In this document: positions 7,844-12,799 of the stretch, piece by piece
Layout: each line of letters opens with the position of its first letter
How positions within the stretch are numbered: position 1 is the stretch's first letter
NCBI GenBank assembly: GCA_965215885.1
Contig: CBDCEW010000039.1
Span: 1-12,799 of the forward strand
Direction of reading: 5' to 3'
DNA: 12,799 nucleotides
Origin: Candidatus Moanibacter sp.
Lineage (GTDB): Bacteria; Verrucomicrobiota; Verrucomicrobiia; Opitutales; UBA2987
Notes under the pieces: model-generated
The model's database searches: none
Seen by the model: only the letters and a program-made list of their open reading frames with translations
What the model was told of the DNA's origin: nothing
Position numbers and translations under genes: made by a program

Positions 7844-8449
7844 CTGGCTAGGAACATCCTGGGTTGCGGTGATGGTCCGGCAAGCTTTAACACGGTGTGC
7901 AATTCCAGGGGCGGTTATGTAGTCTCAGTTGATCCGATTTATGAGTTCTCGAGAGAACAGATTGCCGCGAGAATTCAGGAAACCTTTGAATCCGTAATTT
8001 CGCAAACGAAGGATAACCGAGGGAAGTTTCGATGGGACAGAATCACCTCAATTGAGGAGCTTGGAAAGATTCGAATGGCGGCAATGGAGGAATTTTTGAA
8101 TTCCTTTGAGGAGGGAAGAGAGAAAGGACACTACGTTGCGGAAGGGTTGCCAAAGCTGAGTTTTCCCGACAATAGCTTTGAGCTGTCACTTTCTTCCCAT
8201 TTTTTATTTCTGCACTCTGAGAACCTGGACTACCAGTTCCATTACGATTCGATTGTGGAGATGCTCCGGGTCTCTCCCGAAGCCAGAATATTCCCTCTCT
8301 TGAATGTAAATGCGGAGAAATCGAAACATCTGGAGAGAATTTTATCCGCATTCGAATCCTGTCGGATCTCAATCCGAAAGGTAGACTACGAGTTTCAAAT
8401 TGGAGGAAATGAAATGCTGGTAGTGTCCAGAAGCCAGAACCGGACTTAA
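7844..8449 (+). pseudogene. Class I SAM-dependent methyltransferase lacking its N-terminus
   Basis: The frame begins at the IS edge with LARNILGCGDGPASFN (motif I), then SVDPIY, LSFPDNSFELSLSSHFLF, EMLRVS.EARIFPL, YEFQIGGN. An in-frame TAA lies at 7838-7840 inside the IS. The GTG at 7895 is downstream of motif I. Confidence 0.85.
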
Positions 8450-8451
8450 TC

Positions 8452-9267
8452 GTGGTGTCGCAATTCCCAGTACTGACATTGGAACTGGCTCGACAGATTG
8501 AGCGAAATATTGCGGAAGGCTATACGGGCGGGAATCGTTCGAGCCAGGCAAACGAGATTGATGTTGAGCAATACGGTCGCGCCGTTGCCGTCAAAATGCC
8601 CTCTTCACCCTGGAAGAACGGTGTCTTCTGCTTTTCCAGCGACGACGTCGACCGGTTGGAGGAGATTATTTCTTTCTATGAGAAGGACAACGCCGACTTC
8701 AGCTTCTACCTGACACCCATGGGCTTCACAGAGGACGTAGGGCGCGCATTGACTAGTGCTGGGATGCGTCCAATAGATAACTCTCAGGCCCTTCTTTACG
8801 GACTGCCTGCCACGGAGTTAGAGAGTGCGGCGCCGGATGTGACCGTCGAATCCGTTACGCCGGACACGTTGGAGATTTTCACAGATACTCATGTTAAGGG
8901 TTTTGAATATCCCGCAGCCTGGCATGGTAAAACCAAGGGCGATCTCCACCGTCAGTTCGGCGAGGATGGATTCTATCCATACCTGGTCCGTTATCAGGGC
9001 GAACCCGTAGGATCGGCGTATCTGGAAGTTCGTGGAGGAATTGGCAACCTCCTTGGATCTGCCACGATGCCGGCGTTTCGTGGGAAAGGATGCCATCTGG
9101 CATTGCTTCGTCATCGGCTCCATGCAGCGGGCGAACTTGGCTGTCGGTTGGTGGTGAGTGGCGCCTCCTTCGGTTCGACCAGTTTCCGGAATCAGTATCG
9201 CGTCGGACTCCGGCTGGCATACATTGAGACTATTTGGAAGAAAGCGGGCGGCCGGGCTGAAGGATAA
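8452..9267 (+). CDS. GNAT family N-acetyltransferase, 271 aa
   Basis: C-terminal acetyl-CoA motif A (ATMPAFRGKGCHLALL), then SFRNQYRVGLRLAY. Confidence 0.88.
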   Translation: MVSQFPVLTLELARQIERNIAEGYTGGNRSSQANEIDVEQYGRAVAVKMPSSPWKNGVFCFSSDDVDRLEEIISFYEKDNADFSFYLTPMGFTEDVGRALTSAGMRPIDNSQALLYGLPATELESAAPDVTVESVTPDTLEIFTDTHVKGFEYPAAWHGKTKGDLHRQFGEDGFYPYLVRYQGEPVGSAYLEVRGGIGNLLGSATMPAFRGKGCHLALLRHRLHAAGELGCRLVVSGASFGSTSFRNQYRVGLRLAYIETIWKKAGGRAEG

Positions 9268-9330
9268 CAACCACATCAAGCGGATCGACCAATTCACCGG
9301 GGTTACGGACGGCATTGGCCGGATTGGTGT

Positions 9331-9427
9331 TTTAATCGCTTCGGGTTTAATTCCCCGAAGCTTGCTTCGTTTCTAATTCATAAAGTCTAATATCAAATGC
9401 CTCGGGGCTTGCCCCGAGGATCTTTAC
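9331..9427. mobile_element. Probable IS200/IS605-derived non-autonomous mini-element, about 97 bp
   Basis: Two hairpins with the same GC-TT-GC apex, CGAAGC-TT-GCTTCG (9356-9369) and CCTCGGGGC-TT-GCCCCGAGG (9400-9419), separated by an AT-rich spacer. No TIR or TSD. Confidence 0.6.
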
Positions 9428-9439
9428 TCCTTTCCAAAA

Positions 9440-10396
9440 ATGAATCTGAGGTCCAGACCATTCAATGAAAATGCCGATTGGGAAAAGGCGGTGGATTTCT
9501 TGCATCCAAAAGTCCCGGACAATGGAGCTCATTGGAAATGGTGTCTCGCGTCGGCGCGGGCAAAATACGTTCATCTGCTTTCCGGAATTCACCAGTTTTG
9601 GATCGATGATGAGGACGAGATCGTTGCTCTATCGAATATCAATCCACTTGCGGGCTATTTTGACATCTTGTGCGAGAAATCCCGTCGAACACGGGAAAAC
9701 CTCGAACAGATCGTCACCCATGCAGAGAATGTTCTGCGCCTTCTGTCGAATGAGAATTTCTACCTTACCTCCACTTACGAAGCCTCGGATACGTATTCCA
9801 AGGTCCTTGTTGAGCGCGGCTATCTTGTCGAAGAGTGCTGCGCTCATTATATGGTTCTGGACCTGCATCGCGTTCAGACCGGCTCGAGTCTTCATAGCGA
9901 ATTCGTGATTCGACCACTGGAAAACCGGAATAGATGTGAATTGGAGCGCTGGGTCGAGATGATCGCTCGTGCTTTCAATCCTGAACTTCGCCGCATAAGC
10001 CCGGAAATGGAGGTCTATTACCGGCAATATCACAGATTCTGCAGTTACGCCGACCGCGGAAACATTGAGATGATCGACATTCGCGACGACGGAGTTATCG
10101 GCTCATCGGCCAGCGTCGATATCGATCCGGTCAACGGCGTTGGTGAATTTGAAGAAGTCGGTACCTTAACGGAATTTCGCCGACAGGGCTTAGCGCGCAA
10201 AGTGATGCTATGTGGCCTGCACTATATGGCGCAACGGGGTGTGCGAAAAGTCCTGGTGCGTCCCCACCCGAAAATCGAAGAAGCAATCGAGCTCTACAAG
10301 GATATCGGCTTTGAGACGACCGATCACTTGCGTGGATACCGTAAGAAGAAGAGCGGAGGGGGAGAAACGGAGACGGGGAGACGCGGAGAGAAGTGA
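9440..10396 (+). CDS. GNAT family N-acetyltransferase, two-domain size, 318 aa
   Basis: GEFEEVGTLTEFRRQGLARKV motif A and AIELYKDIGF in the C-terminal domain; ERGY ends a degenerate N-terminal domain. Confidence 0.88.
   Translation: MNLRSRPFNENADWEKAVDFLHPKVPDNGAHWKWCLASARAKYVHLLSGIHQFWIDDEDEIVALSNINPLAGYFDILCEKSRRTRENLEQIVTHAENVLRLLSNENFYLTSTYEASDTYSKVLVERGYLVEECCAHYMVLDLHRVQTGSSLHSEFVIRPLENRNRCELERWVEMIARAFNPELRRISPEMEVYYRQYHRFCSYADRGNIEMIDIRDDGVIGSSASVDIDPVNGVGEFEEVGTLTEFRRQGLARKVMLCGLHYMAQRGVRKVLVRPHPKIEEAIELYKDIGFETTDHLRGYRKKKSGGGETETGRRGEK
10360..10391 (+). repeat. 8-bp-period tandem repeat (nGGAGAnn x4) in the gene tail
   Basis: GGAGA at 10361, 10369, 10377 and 10385. Confidence 0.7.
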
Positions 10397-10399
10397 ACA

Positions 10400-10446
10400 A
10401 CGGGTCGACCCGTCGTCTCCCGCTCAGCGGGATGCGCCGAGGCAAA
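10400..10446. repeat. REP-like palindrome cluster
   Basis: Perfect 14-bp palindrome ACGGGTCGACCCGT (10400-10413) and hairpin TCCCGC-TCA-GCGGGA (10418-10432). Confidence 0.45.
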
Positions 10447-10589
10447 GAAAACCGCGGATCTGCCGTACGGAAGACTCTACGAGATTGAATGAAGAGGAAT
10501 TGGCAACGTGACCGAAGTGTGGAGTCCGGCATGAAGATCTCTGTCCCGGCACGCCGCGGAAGGGGAATTTCCAATCTGAAAGACGGAAT

Positions 10590-11069
10590 ATGAGAATAAA
10601 CGATATTCGACCTGCTGTCAGTTTGCGTGAGCTTTCACTCGAAAATATCAAAGCCGTTCTCGCACTGAAAGTGACGAAAGAGCAGAAGAAAGTCTACCCG
10701 AGATCAAACGGTTACTCAATTGACGAAGGTCACTTCCCGCCAGATGATGACCCGGTCTGGATGCGAGCGATCTATGCGGGCGATACTCCAGTGGGATTTC
10801 TCATGACCTCAGAGATTCCGGAGAATGGAGAGTATTTCTTGTGGAGGATTATGGTAGACGCCAAATATCAGGGAATGGGCTACGGACGGCGGGCAGTTGA
10901 GTTGCTCATTGAGCGCATCAAGAGAAACGGGAATGCAAAAGAGCTGGTTACAAGCCATCTCAATGGTGACAAAGACGCTGGCGGTTTTTACGAAAAATTG
11001 GGGTTCAAATACACTGGCGAGATTCAGGGTAAGAATGATCATGTCATGAGATTGGGATTTCTACCCTGA
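10590..11069 (+). CDS. GNAT acetyltransferase, spermidine/spermine acetyltransferase (BltD)-like, 159 aa
   Basis: LKVTKEQ...SNGYSI, RAIYAGDTPVGFLM, YFLWRIMVDAKYQGMGYGR and FYEKLGF. Confidence 0.88.
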   Translation: MRINDIRPAVSLRELSLENIKAVLALKVTKEQKKVYPRSNGYSIDEGHFPPDDDPVWMRAIYAGDTPVGFLMTSEIPENGEYFLWRIMVDAKYQGMGYGRRAVELLIERIKRNGNAKELVTSHLNGDKDAGGFYEKLGFKYTGEIQGKNDHVMRLGFLP

Positions 11070-11084
11070 CCAATTGACACTACA

Positions 11085-11960
11085 ATGAAAACGAGAACTG
11101 AGGACGAGATGCTTGAGCTCATCATCGACTTCGCTCAGGCGGATGAACGCATTCGAACAGTATTGATAACGGGATCTCGAACGAACCCGAATGCAGACAG
11201 AGATATATTCCGAGACTTCGACGTCGACTGCTACGTCACTGATGTCGAACCATTCAGGGAGGAGCAGTACGTTGTTCCTCGCTTCGGGAAGGCCATTCTC
11301 GTGGAGAAGCCCGAGGATCATATTTACTCACCGGGAGCCGGCGATGGTCGTTACACTTACAATATGCAATTGGCGGACGGGAATCGCGTCAATCTGCAAT
11401 TCTTTCCCCTGGCAACGTATCAAGATCGATCAAGGGACAGTCAGACCGCGGTAATCCTTGACAAGGACGGACTCACCCCCGATCTCCCTCGCCCGAGCGA
11501 ACGTAGTCACTTCATAAAAGAACCTACCCGGCACGAATTTGGCGACTGCTGTGAGGCATTCTTCTTCTGTCTCGGCTCGCACATTCCAAAGACGCTTTGG
11601 AGAAAGAAACTGCCGCTGCTCAATGCGTTTATTGAGGGATTACGCAGAGATCTTGTCACGATGCTCAAGTGGGAGATCGGTGTGAGAGAGGGGTTCGAAA
11701 TATCTGTCGGCGTTGCCGGGAAGCACTTGGAGAAGCACCTCGAGCTGGAAGTTTGGACGGAGTTTGAGAGAACCTATGCCGGTGCAGATTACGACGAGAT
11801 TTATGAATCGCTTCTTACATTTTATCGATTGGTCAAGAGCGCCGGCGAATCTGTTGCGCAACACTATCGGTACACCTTTCCCGTTGAAGATGGAGAGAGA
11901 GTATTGGCTTTCCTTCAACATGTCAGGAAGCTGCCGCAGGATGCCGAATCAATATTCTAG
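11085..11960 (+). CDS. Aminoglycoside 6-adenylyltransferase family protein (ANT(6)/AadK-like), 291 aa
   Basis: RTEDEMLELIIDFAQADERIR.V...GSRTNPN...DIFRDFDV, VILDKDG, PT..EF.DCC..FF, K.LWR, MLKWEIG, SVG..GKHL; length typical of the family. Confidence 0.9.
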   Translation: MKTRTEDEMLELIIDFAQADERIRTVLITGSRTNPNADRDIFRDFDVDCYVTDVEPFREEQYVVPRFGKAILVEKPEDHIYSPGAGDGRYTYNMQLADGNRVNLQFFPLATYQDRSRDSQTAVILDKDGLTPDLPRPSERSHFIKEPTRHEFGDCCEAFFFCLGSHIPKTLWRKKLPLLNAFIEGLRRDLVTMLKWEIGVREGFEISVGVAGKHLEKHLELEVWTEFERTYAGADYDEIYESLLTFYRLVKSAGESVAQHYRYTFPVEDGERVLAFLQHVRKLPQDAESIF

Positions 11961-12041
11961 ACGTTGAATATCCAATCTTCGTCGCGGCACGATGATGCTT
12001 CATAAGATTAGCGACCCCGTAGCAAGTTGGCTGTTCGAAGC

Positions 12042-12641
12042 ATGATTAACGTGAAGTTGCTTCTCTTCGATATCGGAAACGTCCTCGTGAAGCTGACCGG
12101 TGCAAGCATTATTCAGAGGAATTCAAGGCAAGCGTTGGAGCAGGAATACATCTGGGAGACCTGGGATAAAATTGACGGAGTCAGGGAATTTGAGTCCGGA
12201 CGATGTGACGCAGCCACTTTTGCCGGCGATATTATTCGCTTTTATGACTTAGTCCTTGAAATCGAGGAGTTTATTGAACTGTTTCGCGCGGCTGCAGAGT
12301 CCAAGTTTGATGGCGTTGACGAATTCTTGGAGAAGTTGTCCTTGAATTACGATTTAGCATGTTTGACGAACACGAATTCGCTGCATTGGCCGAAGATTCG
12401 AGCCGATTTTGGATTAGGGAGATTCTTTGGGCGACAGTATGTTTCTTCTGAGATTGGGCACGTGAAGCCGGAACGGGAGATTTTTGAGCATGTGTTGAAC
12501 GATACTGGCTTGCAGCCGAGGGACATCCTTTTCGTGGACGATAATGCTGAAAATATCCAAATTGCTAAGGAACTTGGCTTTCATTGCTGTCATGCGGTCG
12601 GCTTTGAAGAGGTACGCGTGAAAGTCAGCCAGCTGTTATGA
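12042..12641 (+). CDS. HAD-superfamily hydrolase, subfamily IA (YihX-like phosphatase)
   Basis: Motif I LLFDIGNVLV, motif II LTNTN, motif III KP, motif IV FVDDNAENI. ATG 12042 preferred over TTG 12027. Confidence 0.9.
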   Translation: MINVKLLLFDIGNVLVKLTGASIIQRNSRQALEQEYIWETWDKIDGVREFESGRCDAATFAGDIIRFYDLVLEIEEFIELFRAAAESKFDGVDEFLEKLSLNYDLACLTNTNSLHWPKIRADFGLGRFFGRQYVSSEIGHVKPEREIFEHVLNDTGLQPRDILFVDDNAENIQIAKELGFHCCHAVGFEEVRVKVSQLL

Positions 12642-12698
12642 GGTCTTTCGACACGGGTAACCGTCCTCTATAACTAAGGGAATTGAGTAGAAACACAC

Positions 12699-12738
12699 TG
12701 TCATCGCGAGCCGACCGAAGAGAGGCGCGGCGATCCAG
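12699..12738 (+). repeat. Half copy of the TGTCAT palindromic element family
   Basis: TGTCATCGCGAGCCGACCGAAGAGAGGCGCGGCGATCCAG matches the reverse complement of 4751-4790 at 35/40 positions. Confidence 0.8.
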
Positions 12739-12799
12739 GAAGCGGAGAAATACGGTGATGGGCTCCACCATCTGTTTGTCATCTTCGAGTGGGAGGGTG

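Larger units (their letters stand above)
5936..7845 (-). mobile_element. IS5/ISNCY-like insertion sequence, about 1.9 kb; ends uncertain by about 2 bp
   Basis: Imperfect TIRs AGACCCCATTCGAAAAGC (5936-5953) and GCTTTTCGGGTAAGGTCT (7828-7845), 14/18 match. Junction tetramers are CTAG (5934-5937) and CTGG (7844-7847). Encodes a single DDE transposase. Confidence 0.85.

Noticed and set aside
5934..7851. CTAG at 5934-5937 and 7848-7851 as a true TSD
   Set aside because: Placement is asymmetric relative to the TIRs, the right CTAG lies within methyltransferase codons (LAR), and excision restores no gene.
11074..11079. Perfect TTGACA hexamer
   Set aside because: Only 5 bp before the ANT(6) ATG with no suitably spaced -10.
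1..12799. CRISPR array, tRNA, rRNA, integrase or defence-system genes
   Set aside because: No regularly spaced repeats, cloverleaf or diagnostic motifs seen by eye.

Overview
Bacterial accessory region. The left two-thirds (1-8449) is heavily decayed: a MacB/FtsX-type duplicated (ADOP-like) ABC permease broken by an intact IS4-family element (1023-2595, 11-bp target duplication) and by a frameshifting internal deletion; a streptothricin-acetyltransferase-like GNAT split by a 272-bp non-coding MITE (31-bp TIRs, TAA duplication, two long internal hairpins); a GyrI-like gene with an internal TAG; an orphan beta-barrel 3' fragment; and an IS5/ISNCY-like element (about 5936-7845) joining two unrelated truncated genes, which implies an IS-mediated deletion. 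The right third is a co-oriented run of apparently intact small-molecule-modifying genes (three GNATs, an ANT(6)-family nucleotidyltransferase with an Asp-to-Asn change at a conserved position, a HAD phosphatase), with several small palindromic elements between them. I cannot support a new multi-gene system from sequence alone. The best leads are the structured MITE, the IS200/IS605-like mini-element and the atypical ANT(6) in a resistance-like cluster. All family calls rest on motif recognition, not on database searches.
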